A DNA stretch of 64,000 bases from Chlorokybus atmophyticus (taxonomy: Eukaryota; Plantae; Mesostigma and Chlorokybus algae): positions 536,537 through 600,536 of the forward strand of contig RHPI01003156.1 of the NCBI GenBank assembly GCA_009103225.1. The letters run 5' to 3'. Positions 27,702 through 40,243 of the stretch are shown here, piece after piece. The position numbers were made by a program, and so were the translations under genes. The notes under the pieces are model-generated. The model was not told the origin of the DNA. It did not search any database and worked only from the letters and a program-made list of their open reading frames with translations. Numbering within the stretch: the stretch's first letter is position 1; the number at the start of each line of letters is the position of its first letter.

Positions 27702-28189
27702 GCTGGCCAAGTTTTCCAATTGCCCCAACGCCACACGATGTAAGCAGGCCAACGACAACAACAAGACCCACCACAACAACCAGACCCCACCACCACAGCG
27801 ACCGCCGCGAACAACACCGCCGCTGCTGCCACGGACACGCATTAAGTTACAGAACATTGTTGTAGTTCGCAACCATGTTCACCAGCAATGCTTCCTGCTG
27901 CAGGCATGCTTGCGGCAAAGCGAGTGCAGCAGCGCAGTGTAACGCAGCGCCTGACTGAGTCACGTATCTCGCGACTCCTTACGGTGTAACCGGTATATGG
28001 GGGAAGTGAAGAATACACTTGCTTGCCACGCGCAGCGCCTTGATTCGTTGGAGTGACACTCTTGTGACAGTCTCTCATCATTTGGTACCAGGCACGCAGG
28101 GCGTAGTAAGCATCGCAATGCGCGGCAGCGTGTGATTGGTTGATATGACGTGCTGCATTGCCACGCGAGACGAAGCTTGTCAGGGGCTA

Positions 28190-28614
28190 CAGTCTAACCT
28201 CGATAAGTGCATACCATCGGGAACGGGCTTATGTATGCACTTATCGCGTTTATGCATCCTCGTGTGCATAAATTATGCACCCGCTTTAAGTGCATTTATT
28301 ATGCACTTAGGCTTGGCATAAACGCATAAGCTATGCACTTATGGAGTAAACCTAATCCTGAGTTACGTTGTTGTAACGTGTACGACCGTAACTGTGATAC
28401 ATTGTAATCATAAACCGTCTGTAACTTAAGCGTAATTCACCTTGATAAGTGCATAGACACACCAAAGGTTAGGCATCTCAAGGTATGCACTTATTGATAA
28501 ACGCATATGCTCTTAACGCACAGGTCTTCCCACTGAAGACGTCGGTGATGGCCGAATTTATGCACTAAACGCGGATATGCACTTATCGAATATGCACTTA
28601 TCGAGGTTAGACTG
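28190..28614. mobile_element. Pogo/Tigger-type (Tc1/mariner) MITE, 425 bp
   Basis: TA|CAGTCTAACCTCGATAAGTGCATA ... TATGCACTTATCGAGGTTAGACTG|TA: perfect 24-bp TIR with TA duplication and no ORF. About 10 internal copies of the TIR submotif TATGCACTTA/TAAGTGCATA. Confidence 0.93.
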
Positions 28615-29229
28615 TAACTAGAACTTTTCGGGTACCTTGCCTCGTAAGGGTGCATCAGCCACAATGTCAGCCTGATCAGTGCAACAGATGCCGTAAAAGA
28701 TGAGTATATGTTGTGCCTTCATGTTCTCCACGACATGGTGTGAAGGAGACCTTGCATAAGCATAATTAATTGCTGTGCCACAACATAGTAGTGTGAATGC
28801 ATGAGCGTTGCCACAGTATGAGCTCTTCAAGTAGATGCAAAGTGCACACCACATGCCAAGACACCAAGCATAGGCAAAGCACAAAGCTAGAAGAAAGGCA
28901 CAGGGGAATGGAATTGAAACAGGGGCAATGCTATCCATGTGGCGTAGCTAAGGGAATGGTAAGGGCGGGGGTGAGGGCGGAATAGGAAGCAGGGTAGGGC
29001 AAGCAAACTAGCGGCAATGGTGCACCACCTGTGGGCACGCAGCGCCAGGCGTTAGAAACCCCCTCCGGAGAACTTGTACAACAACAATAGCAGCAGCAAC
29101 AGCAATGAGAGGGCGAGGGTGAGAGTGATGTGCTGTGCAGTGTTGTGGTCGATCAGTGTACTGCAGCCGCCATAGCGACGCCGATGTTGGTGTAAGACCC
29201 GTAATTACTAGTGAGTCATAGCCTGCAGG

Positions 29230-29362
29230 CATTCTCTCATGGTCAAGTTAGCAACTATCCACACACAGCAAGCTTGGAATAACTTATAAGACATAATTAA
29301 AATGATAACCTTAAGGTGTAAAGTCAGTCAACAGTAATGTGCAAGCCATGTAACTGAGTGAC
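29230..29362 (+). repeat. 133-bp dispersed repeat, copy 2 (intergenic)
   Basis: Same sequence and orientation as 19543-19675. Confidence 0.95.
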
Positions 29363-30212
29363 TAAGAACGTGGCATGCAAGGCACCAGCAGACACAGTAT
29401 ACACCGCGACAACAAGTGTGTACTGTCATGTTCATATAAGCAACTGCTTAATCCACGAAAAGTTTCAAGTTATTAATGTTAGAGCAGTATATCTACTATG
29501 TAGCCATTTTGCTGACCGCAAACAAGAACCGTTTGTCTGGTGCTCAACAATAGGTCATCCATCACGCTCATATCAACCAAGTGTAGTGCCCATTATCTAT
29601 ATAACCAACACTAGGGTTGCGTTTTTAGCAAATTGAAGCATTTACCGCGGGGCCACATTCATTAAGCAAGTAATGTGAAAACGGCAACCACACAACAGCG
29701 CACTAAGTTTGCATGGGGCCACATATTACACTATATTATATTACATTACTATGCTATTGTGTATCATAGCACGGTCTCGTACCCATGTTGTACCCACTAT
29801 AATGGGGTACGTTATTGGTAAAACAACACATGAATGCACCATTTGCACACCCTCTTTTGTACACTATATTAGTGACAACTCTGCATGTATACACCAATTG
29901 GTTTGGCCGTACTCCAATCGTCGAATTCGTATAGAGTTGTTTCGGAAGGCAATCAATGCGGATCGCATGATGCATCATTACCGTACTGCGTCTCAATGAA
30001 CAGCACTTGGGTAGCTAGTCATACTTTGCCTGCACTTACTGACCATAGTTTTATACACAAGCTTGTCACCATGCATGTTACTAGCCTAGTATACTATCTC
30101 TTGTACACCGTAATATGCAAAACACCCTGCCATCACGCAGCTGGTTGTGTGCACTCGAGTTTGCAAGGACGCAACCTACAAAACAAGTTTACCCCCCTAC
30201 CCCCCCCCCCCC

Positions 30213-30317
30213 NNNNNNNNNNNNNNNNNNNNNNNNNNNNNNNNNNNNNNNNNNNNNNNNNNNNNNNNNNNNNNNNNNNNNNNNNNNNNNNNNNNNNNNN
30301 NNNNNNNNNNNNNNNNN
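30213..30317. other. Assembly gap (N run) after a poly-C tract
   Basis: Run of N in the sequence. Confidence 1.
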
Positions 30318-30405
30318 CCTTCTCCCACTGCAGCCATACAGTTATGTACACTTGACACACAAGTTGACGCTGTACACCAAAGCAACAAGACTCTGCTTCT
30401 ATAAC

Positions 30406-31413
30406 CTAGGCACCAGCGACAGGCTTGTCGGCCTCCTGTGCGCAGTGGCAGACAACCTCCAGGCGGTGGCCGTCAGGGTCGATCACAAAGGCACCGTAGT
30501 ACTCGGGATGGTACTCCTTGCGATAACCTGCGCCCAACGGTGATTGGATGCCAGCATGCGTGCGCATATATCTGCATGTGTAAAATTCTGTGATACTACA
30601 CAGTGCTTGCCCACAACTCACCAGCTCGGGGTGTGTGCATGTGGTGCATATGTCTCTACGTGCTTGCACGCATGCACATGTACAAGCGCGTATGCTAGCG
30701 CATGCACGTGGGTGTCCATAAGCGTACTATTGAATTTGGGGTGCACGCTGCTTATACTTGCGACATCAGTAACAGAAGAAGTTGTTGACTTACCAGGTTG
30801 GCCATTGTCTTTCGCACCAGCTGCAATTGCGGTGTCGTACCACTCCTTCACCTTGTCGTGAGTCTGCAACAGACAGAGGCAACATGCCATGTGTCTTCAA
30901 GGCTACCAGCAGTCTCTCATTCACTAGCTGCCTTCCCATATTAGGAACATACACACATCCTCCCTCTCTTCATTCCACTCTCTCGCTCACACACTAAGAC
31001 CTCCCCTATGTCTCACGTTCATCAGGCAACGACACATGCAGTTATGGAATGCACGCAGCAGGCCATGCATGCCATCTCTTCCATACACCTTGACAGATTG
31101 CGTTGGTACCTTGGCGGAAAAGGCCAAGTGGATGCCCTCGATGACGCCCTTCTGCTCACTGATCCAGAAGTCCGGGAAGCCCATCTCGTTGTTGAATCCA
31201 ACCACGGTGGGCATGTCCTTGGGAAACTTCCAGTACCTAAAAAGCACAACACGACATGAAACACATACCCATTTGGCACTAGGCCAGGCAAGCCTGGACA
31301 GCACAGGACGGACTTGAATGCAAGTGCGCTCACCCCAACACCTTCAGTGTCTTCTCATAGAAGGCGAAGCTCTTGGCAACGTCCTTCACTTCCAGCTGCA
31401 CGTGGTCGATCAT
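30406..31413 (-). CDS. VOC/glyoxalase family protein (bacterial-like small VOC); 4 exons
   Basis: MIDHVQLEVKDVAKSFAFYEKTLKVLG|YWK...PDFWISE...IHLAFSA...|..KVKEWYDTAIAAGAKDNGQP|GYRKEYHPEYYGAFVIDPDGHRLEVVCH...A*. This matches the bacterial pattern MIDHV...DNG.PG.R..YHP.YY.AFV.DPDG..IE.VC. Confidence 0.9.
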
Positions 31414-33559
31414 CTTGTGACTGAGTTCCCACTCGCACCGACAACGCCCACACCCGCAGCAATGCCGCCGCCGCTGCCAAAGGTTGCGCCGCTTATGTCA
31501 GAGCAAAAGTACGGGGTTGTACGCTGCGTACTCGCTTTGGTTCCGTGCACTGCCACGCAAGCAGGCCTCCGCCAAACGTAACGCGGCCGTAAGATTGATG
31601 CTTGCGGACGCTGCATCGGCCATCGAGTGTGCATGCGCACAGCCCCTGCACTTATCTTGCTGAACCAGTCAGAAGCTGGGGGGGAGCGCATGCTGCGTCT
31701 ATGTCCGCAGTACCTATGCAAGCAATGTGGATTTGGACCATGAAGCCTGTTTTGATATAGCATACAATACAGGCGCGGAATGCAAGCGAACCAAACGTCA
31801 ATGAGACAAAGGATGATGTTACTGCAAGTTCACTGCCCGCACGCCCGCATCTTGGCCCAAGGTTCTTGGGCCTTGCTTATGCTGTCGACCAAACAATTTT
31901 TCGGTTACAATATTTTATTCCATGTACAAGTTCAAGCTGTTATCTGTGTCATAACATGCATTCCTTCAATTGAGTGCATAGGCGACAATGCATCCGCATG
32001 TTTGCGCATGCGTGGCACAGCTTACAGAACAAATGCACTCCATTATGCATGTAATGCATGCGTATGTACATAGGTTAAAATAACGATAGATCGTGTTGTA
32101 ATGGACATATATGGATTGCTGTTAGTAGGAGTGGTAAAAAGGTCATTTCTGAGGGGTATGGGGTGCCGTCCAACCTCTTACCAATAAATATGCCTTCTGT
32201 AGAGCGCGTTTTGACGCGTAATTACGTCGCTGGCTGCCAACACGAGCGACACTTAACGCATCATCGTTCGCCGTTGCTTTGTCGCGCCAAAGATTCTTTG
32301 TGCTTGTTACGCCACGCTTGGCAACTGCGTTCTTAACGACGCCACCGCCTGGTTTATGTATCTTTTAACATTAAGTTTATCAATGTGCACTTAACATATA
32401 CACTTATGTATACATTTATAAGGCCCTCTTTGGCACGGCCTTCATGACCAAAGGTGTTGACATAACATGGCGCATGATGTATCAATAGGCAGAACTTTGC
32501 GTGAGGTATCCAGCAAATTAATCCGCGTCAGATTGTGCGCGATATTATAGAAGTTATGTTTACCAGCGTACGACTACACCGTTAGGGCTCACTGATGAAA
32601 CCAGTCTAATGACGTGGCACTGTCATTTAAATAGATTTAACTTTATGTAGCGAAGGAATCTGTGGGCGAGTAAACATTGAAACTTATTTTACTCAACGGC
32701 AATCGAACACGTTCATGACTTCCGCAAAATTCCCATAAATAAAGCCATATGGACGCTACAAAGGGCCTTGCATAACCGTACATAAAGGTGTAAATTGACT
32801 TTTTTTGATTTTGATGAATAGCGTAATGCAATTGAATACTCAAGCAACCAACAGGTCAAAACTTTGTACACTTGTTGCTTTAGCTGTTGTTGACATGTGA
32901 AACAAGTTTCAGCCATCAAGGCTTTATTAAAATTGAATACCAAGCGATGCAAAAGATATAAGCGTGCCCACAAGGTGAGTAAACTAAGATGTACATTTAC
33001 TGACGAACATAGTTTTTGATTGACGTACTGCGGCGTAACGGTTGTGCCACTTTTTGCGAATGGTATCAGATTAATAAACCGACGTCAAAGCGATTTATGT
33101 ACTGATCTGACATAAACACTCAAAATCGTTTCCTTATATCGTTGTGCTTATTTAACATGGTCTCTATCAACGGTTTTCGGGCGGTAAGATAGGAAATTGT
33201 TATATAGGCTATTGCAATAGGGGTGGGTGTAGACGCTGACGATTCGTAATATGCGAATCAAATACGTAAAATGTATTAAACAATTGAAGATTGAACTCTA
33301 CTATTCCGTGGATATATTCATATGCGGCCATACGTGTATAATTACACGATTCATTCCGCTGTAATATTTCAACATATAGATTACTATTAGAGTACATCTG
33401 AACAATATGCCGTCACATGTGGCCATTGCACACGTTGTGCATATTGTGCTCATTATTGCCATCTATGGGCATATATTTTAGCTAATGCGTAATGTGGGGA
33501 TGTGCTTTGGACGGCCACGATCTTGTCGCTGGCAGATCCAATAGGTAGACGCTGGTACT

Positions 33560-34110
33560 CTCCGCCCAGCCAATGAGAGGCAGCAGGCCGCACATACTGC
33601 CACGCAACCCGCGCAGTCGCGGGTGCCAGGTGTGTTGGCCCATCAGTGATGCCGTTGCGCGAGTGTGTTGTGTTGTAGGTGACCTAGGTGGCCTTGCTTG
33701 CGTGACAGCCGGCCGGCCGGCCGGACCAAACTGCTGCACCACAAGTTGACAGCACGTGGCACACAGGTCCTGTACCTCGATATGATGATCTTTAAGACCG
33801 TTGATGTGGGTGTGTGTAACAGGATGTATCGCAAGCACAGAGACCTTGAGTTTGCCAGCATCCTGTTGTAAGGGCTCCACATCCGGACCAACATTGCATG
33901 TTGTGCTAAGCTCTTTGTGGAGGTATCTCAGTGTTTTCGTTTCATGCGGTTGAGCACATACGGAGGGCATTTCTTACAGGAGATGCACGGGTTGTTGATT
34001 AACATGCCGGGAATGGTTATGACGAATGCAGGTTGCTCTCGCGCTTATGTGCTGTTCTATGGACAAAGCCTGGCTTCACCTTTTATGGCACATACCGCTA
34101 GATGTACAGT
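33560..34110 (+). mobile_element. Degenerate Penelope-like retroelement fragment (RT palm/thumb)
   Basis: PM.GS.PH.L, then CVVGDL (decayed RYVDDL-like, 33669-33686). After a frameshift at the (CCGG)n tract: QVLYLDMMIFK..MYRK...FVEVSQCFRFMRLST...FL, resembling the PLE thumb YLD..I...YxK...SQ..RF.R. Contains a stop. Confidence 0.5.
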
Positions 34111-34705
34111 CGCATCGCAAACTACACTGAGGTAACCAGCAAATGAGCAGCATAGGCGAGCACAAGTGAGTGCACCATGCACATTCAGCGGGGAGCAGCC
34201 TTTACGATTGTTACGTTAACTTCTCAACTTACCAGCTTAGAGCGTCACAAACTTCTGCACAAGCAGTTAAACCTATTGCACACCTTGCAGTAGGCAACAC
34301 CCCCACAAAGAGTGAACGGGGAGAGCACCCTTCAACAGCTTCAGCCGTGCACCCCACACACAGCAGTAGCTCTGCAAGGCCAGCAACTGATGGCCACCAC
34401 AAGGTGGTAGGCACGCCTTTATACTACATGTTGCTCTCCGATCTGGCACATAGGATGTCCAAGGCCATCAAGACCTCGCCACCTATGCGCTGACCTATCT
34501 GTACAGGCAGACTTTGTCCACTCTCGGACATCAACATGGACAGCATACCTGCTGCCTGTGCTACAATATGCATTGACACTGATTAATCCTGTGTTTATCT
34601 GTACTGTGCCTCATGTAGCTGCTGCATCTTTATACACGACGTGCATAAGAATTAACTTCATAAGCATGTATGTCAGGTGCTACACTCACCATGACCATGC
34701 AGAAT

Positions 34706-37700
34706 CCGTCGCAAAATGTTTCCCCTGCCGGCCGACTGAATATTGGCAACGGCCGTGCACCTGAAGATACTTATATGGACTGTCGACCTTCAGTCTACCG
34801 GCGATCTCGAAACAGGGACCTGAGCATAACGGCCGGCACCAGTTAGTTGGCGGCCGTCTGCATAAAGGAACTGACCCTAATTATTAGGTACCTGTCAGGT
34901 ACTCAACAGTTAAGCAAAGGGTACTTGACCGAACTAACAGGTAACTGACCAGTACCTATCAATTAAGTACGGGCAACGGTACGCTAACTGAGCAAAATTG
35001 TCAGGTACCTTAAGGTACCTACCATTATTGATGTGTACCTTCAAAGGTACCTCCTGGTACCGCTCAGTCATAATTAGGTGTCACACGTGATTGTCATCAT
35101 CAGCTGTGCAAAAATGCGTGAAATAATAAAAGATAAAATAATAAATAAAATACAATGTAATATAATGAGCTATCACTACTACTGCTAATACAACTAGACT
35201 ACCACAACTGCTACCACTACCACTACTGCTACTACTACCTTGGGTATTACTGCTAGTACTACCCTTGTACTGAGCTGCGGCTCCTGCACCGCCCGCTCCA
35301 GCTCCGCCGCCGCCGTTCTTTCTCCGCCGCCGCTGCCGCCGCCTGGCCTGTTCTGGCCTAGCCTGGCCTGGCCTGGCCGCCCTAAGGCAAGGAGGGTGGT
35401 TAAATGGCATGCGGTGTTGCGCGTAGTACAACGTCAGACAGCAACCAAGCTCACCTACTGTTAGCCGTTGCCGCCGCCCCCGCCGCCGCCGCCCACAACG
35501 CTCTGTTCAACTTGAAGCCATTGAGCGTGTGAATAACTTGGGCAGCCCAAGTTATCAAACACGTTGTCGCAACGGCATTATCATGTTATTATAATGGTAC
35601 GAAAGTACCATTATCGTAATGGCACTATCGTACCATTGGTATGGTACGATAGTGCCATTGCAATGACGCTGTTCGTACCAGTGACATAGTACGGCGGCTG
35701 CATTGTACCAGCGTCTCGACTTGCCGGCCGGTACCACCGTCCCGACTTGCCGACCTTTAGAGACCGGCGGTTACTTGCTTATCTTACTTGACACAATAAG
35801 TAGGTCGCCGCCGCGTTAAGTGCACAACCGGCGATTGGCCGTCACTTAATAAACGCGGTAAGGTCACCTGATAGAGACTAACGGTGACTGGCTTGCCAAA
35901 GTAGGCAGGCCGTCGCGCATACTTTTCGACGGTCAGGGTACGACGGTCGGCCGTCACTGTATGTGACCAAAACGTGACTTATCTGCTATACAGATAGGTC
36001 GCCATCGCGCAAATGGGACGACCAACAATCGGCCGTCACCTTAAAGTGCGGTGTTGCCGTCACAGGCAAGCCGCCGTCGATTGTGCTTATCGGTCGACCG
36101 CTTGCCGTCGGTATATGTTGCTTGGTAGTAACGGCCGTCTTAAAAAGTCCCTTTATGGACCAATCCGTTACGTCAGGTAGGGTCAGGCAGGGTCAGGCAC
36201 TCGTCAGTCCCTCAGTTCCTTGTCAGTCACTGTGTAAAATTTGCGCCGTCCTCACTTAGTCCTTTTTACTTACCACATAAGCAAGAGATTGAGAGTGACT
36301 TAGGCCAGTCCTTTGGACGTGACATACCTCCGCATTTGCATTGCAACTTTCATGTTGCAAACTGGTGGAGCACAAGCCCCGCACGATGATTGCCAGCAAA
36401 GGTGGCCAACCCTTTTGAACCACCGCACACTACGCGTAAAACAAGTGCAAGTTATGTGAGTGACAACCAACTCTGATTAGTATTATAATACTAAATAATC
36501 AATGCGCGCATGTTTGTTGGGCCAAGGAGAGTCAAGGGTCACGCTGTCTCGGATAGCTGCAGGAGAAAACAGAGTCGCTAGTCATCGCTACTACAGCATA
36601 CCATAGCATGTTGGAAAAAGCAAATGATAAACCACCTCTCATGGGATAAGTGCTTCGTGGAGCTTGTCCACTGCTGAGTTTTACGGACTCTATCGCAAAT
36701 TTTACATGGTGACTGACAAAGGACTGAGGGACTAACAGGTGCCTGACCCTGCCTGATCCTACTTGACGTAACGGATTGGTTCATAAAGGGACTTTACGAC
36801 GGCCATTACTATAAAGCAACATATACCAATGGCAAGCGGTCGGCCGATAGGTACAATCGACGGCGGCTTGCCTGTGACGGCAACACCGCACTTTAAAATG
36901 ATGGCCGATTGTCGGTCGTCCCATTTGCGCGATGGCGACCTATCTGTATAGCAAATAAGTCACGTTTTGGTCACATACAGTGACTGCTGATCGTCGATCA
37001 TACCATGACCATCGAAAAGTATGCGCGACGGCCTGCCTACCATGGCAAGCCAGTCACCGTTGGTCCCTATCAAGTGACCTTACCGCGTTTATTAAGTGAC
37101 GACCGACCGCCGGTCGTGCACTTAACGCGGCAGCGACCTAACGGTTATGCAAGCAAGTTAATGACCGTCCCTGTATGTCGGTGAGTAATGCCGGTAAGTC
37201 GGGATGATGGTACAATGCAATTATCGTACTATATTAATGGTATAAAATGTTCATTGCTATAGTGACATAATTGTACCATTTGAATGGTACGACGGTGCCA
37301 TTGTACCGTTGAGCGTTTGTATGACTTGGGCAGCCCAAGTCATTCAAACGCTCAACGGCTAGAAGTGTTGAACAGGTGAGCGCTGGGCGGCGGCGGCGGC
37401 GGTATGGTAAGCGACAGCATGCGAGTGTGAAGGTTGTGTATATTGCTGTTAACTGTGCTTGATTAATTGCCTTATGCTTTGCAAGAGCGGCGGTGGATAT
37501 GGAGCGACGGCGGAGGTGGAGCGCGGTGCAGGAGCGCCGGTTTCTATTAAGGCCTTAGACTAGGGTGGTAGTAGAAGCTTACAATATGTAGTGCAGATTG
37601 TGCATACAGTGAAGTACTTTTATAACTTGCAATATATATTGTAATGTTTCTTATTTCAGTCGTCGTCTTGCTTGTCACGCATTCTAAAAACTAAACAATA

Positions 37701-39453
37701 CCAACATGTATCTTTAGACGTACCTATCGATAACGGTCGGTAGGGAAAAGGTACCATGAGGTACCTGTTAGTCACACTGAGTTAGTGTACAGTCACCGGT
37801 ACATTAACTGTACCTAACCAACATGTACCGGTTAGTCGTCGCAAATTTTACACGGTGACTGACAAGAGACTGAGGGACTGACAAGAGACTGACCATATCT
37901 GACCCTAACTGACCTAACGAGTTGGGCCATTAAGGGACTGAAATGGACTGCCGGTGCATTTTGTGACCTATACTCAATTACCGACCGCCTATTGTACAGT
38001 ACAGTGGATTGTTGCCTACCGGTGGTGACGTGACAGCAACATATGTTGACAGCCGACCGCCGGTCATACAGCTTCCGTAACGGCAACCTACCTATTATGA
38101 CAATTAAGTGTACATTCAGGCCCCTAATGGCGACGGTCGATACCGGTGAGTCAGAGTTGACCCGCGGACGGCCGCCGGCCGTACATTAGCCGCGGCGGCG
38201 ACCAACCTACATTGGTAAGCTAATGACCACTCAGTCCCAACGAAGTCTCCTAAAAGGGACGAGCGATGGCGGCGGGTACCTGTCAGTCCGGTTAGGTATA
38301 CTTGGCACCCTCATGGGAACAATAGTACCATTACAATGGTACAACAGTTCCATTAAAGTACCCTAGATGGTACTCATTATGTGATTGCACAATGGAGCCA
38401 TCGTACCATTTTTATGGTACGATCGTACCATTGACTTGAAGCCGTTGAGCGTTTAAACCGCAGCAGCGTTCAAACGCTCAACGGCTTCAAGTTCGAGGAC
38501 AGTTGTGCGGCGGCGGCGGCAGTAGTGGCGGCGGTGGCGGCGGCGGCAATTGCAATGGCATGGTAGGTGAGTTTGATTATATGTGTCATGATGTATGATG
38601 CCATCATGTTGGCGCCCTTGCCGACCAGGCCAGTGGAGGAGGAGCGGCGAGGCGGCGGCGGCGGAGGAAGAGCGGCGGCGCAGGCGGCTGAGTATAAGGG
38701 TAGAGTATAGAGTAGTAGTAGTAGTAGTAATAGTAATAGCTCAACATAGTTTACATTGTAGCGTAGCAACAGTTTGTAATTTAATCCATGGGTACTTTTG
38801 TGCATCAGTCAAGCCTATAACTCGCCGTCTCTCACAGTTGACGACAATCACATGCATGCAGTATGCAGCACATGACTGAACGGTACCGGTAGGTACCGGT
38901 AGGTACTGGGGACATTAACGTCAGTTACCCTAAAAGTATCATAAGGTACCCCAAAGGTACTAGATAGTTAGGCACCCTTGAGGTACGGTTGCCGGTACCT
39001 AACTGTTAGGTACCGGTTAATTAGGTCAAGTCCCTTTTGCTTGACTGATGGGTATTTGACAGGTACCTGTCAATCTCGGTCAGTCCCTTTATTAAAACGG
39101 CTGCCGACTAATGGTGACGGCCGTTATATCAGGTCCCTGTATCGAGATTATAGGTGGACTGAGCCACGACAGTCCAAATAACTATCGTTTGGTGCACGGC
39201 CGTTGCCAATATTCAATCGGCCGGCAGGGGAAACATTTTGCGACGGTTAGGTTAAGTCCCTTTTGCGGGTATGTAACTGACAGGTATCTGTCCGTCCAAG
39301 TCCCTTTGTGCAAACGGCCGGGGACAGCCGTTATACTCAGGTCCCTGTATCGAGATAACAGATGGACTGAGCCACTACATTTTAAATAAGTATTCTCAGT
39401 TGCACGGCCGTTGCCAATATTTGGACGGCCGGCAGGGGAAAAATATCGCGACG
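34706..39453. mobile_element. Fold-back complex of three diverged ~1.2-1.5-kb non-coding units (U1 34706-36249 forward; U2 ~36690-37835 and U3 ~37836-39246 reverse) plus a duplicated end (39250-39453)
   Basis: CCGTCGCAAAATGTTTCCCCTGCCGGCCG..GTGCACC at 34706 pairs with its reverse complement ending at 39246 and again at 39453. 35470-36249 pairs with ~36690-37410. Unit ends share CGTCGCAAA(A/T)T. Units contain GGTACC and GTACCAT arrays, GCC/CTA low-complexity tracts and a central hairpin. Confidence 0.8.
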
Positions 39454-39632
39454 TTTCGAAGTTTTGCTCCACCATAGTATATATGCTGTGCTGTTAGGCA
39501 CACAGTCAACAAGCCACTACTATAGGTAGTGCTGTTACACGGTTCTTTGCATGAGTAGAATTTGTATTGCACTGTTAAGTGAGGTGAGTGCGCAAGCAAC
39601 GCGTGGATGCTATGCCTTTATTGATCCCCACA

Positions 39633-39711
39633 TGTAACGGGAAGGTACATTAATTTTTCACAAATCAACCATAAAAGTGCCAAGTCTTTTGCGGTCGAGT
39701 GGGCTGTGACA
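39633..39711 (+). repeat. 5' LTR (79 bp)
   Basis: TGTAACGGGAAGG...GAGTGGGCTGTGACA. Confidence 0.88.
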
Positions 39712-39746
39712 TTGGTCATTGGAGTTTGAGACCCGGGTTCGATTCC
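39692..39746 (+). promoter_or_regulatory. tRNA-like RNA Pol III internal promoter (A box + B box) straddling the LTR/PBS junction
   Basis: A-box-like CGGTCGAGTGG at 39692-39702 (TGGTCGAGTGG in the 3' LTR fits TRGYNNARYGG). Perfect B box GGTTCGATTCC at 39736-39746, with tRNA-like spacing. Confidence 0.6.
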
Positions 39747-40243
39747 TGCTTTGCACACGAACTCCGCGGTCGTTGTTTCTCGATCCAATAATATCGTAAA
39801 TGGTCACTTCCAGTCAGGACGCCAGAGGCCTTCTGCTATGGTAGATTGCAGGAAACGGACGGTCGCGATGACGTCTTGCTACGTAGTACGACAGTGAGGT
39901 GTTAGCGAACACAGCTGCTCGCGTGGCGTGTTCAGTGCTCGTGTAGCTGTGTTGGTCGACGCTGTGCCGACAGTGATCACCGTTTGTTAACGGTAGTGAA
40001 TCAGCCGTTGGCGAACGGCTTTCTTGCGAGAATAGTGTCGGTTAGTGCTTCTTGATACCCGTTGCTCTCGGATTTGTGTATCTGCTTCTGTCGTGTGGTT
40101 GTGTTTGACATCGCTGATCGACAGTGGATATCTAGGCTTGCCAACGGTTGTTGTTTCAAATGTTGAAGGATAAATGGGGCGGGCGAGTTGAGGGAGGGTG
40201 AGTGGCAGTGTGTGCTGTGAGTGTCCTGTGAGTGCCGGCGGCG

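Noticed and set aside
34706-39453. CRISPR array or protein-coding region
   Set aside because: Repeats are irregular, inverted and kilobase-scale with no constant repeat-spacer period. The ORFs are short by-products of the repeats.
39685-39760. Functional tRNA gene
   Set aside because: A and B boxes are present, but I could not fold an acceptor stem or anticodon arm, and the sequence is part of an LTR/PBS junction.
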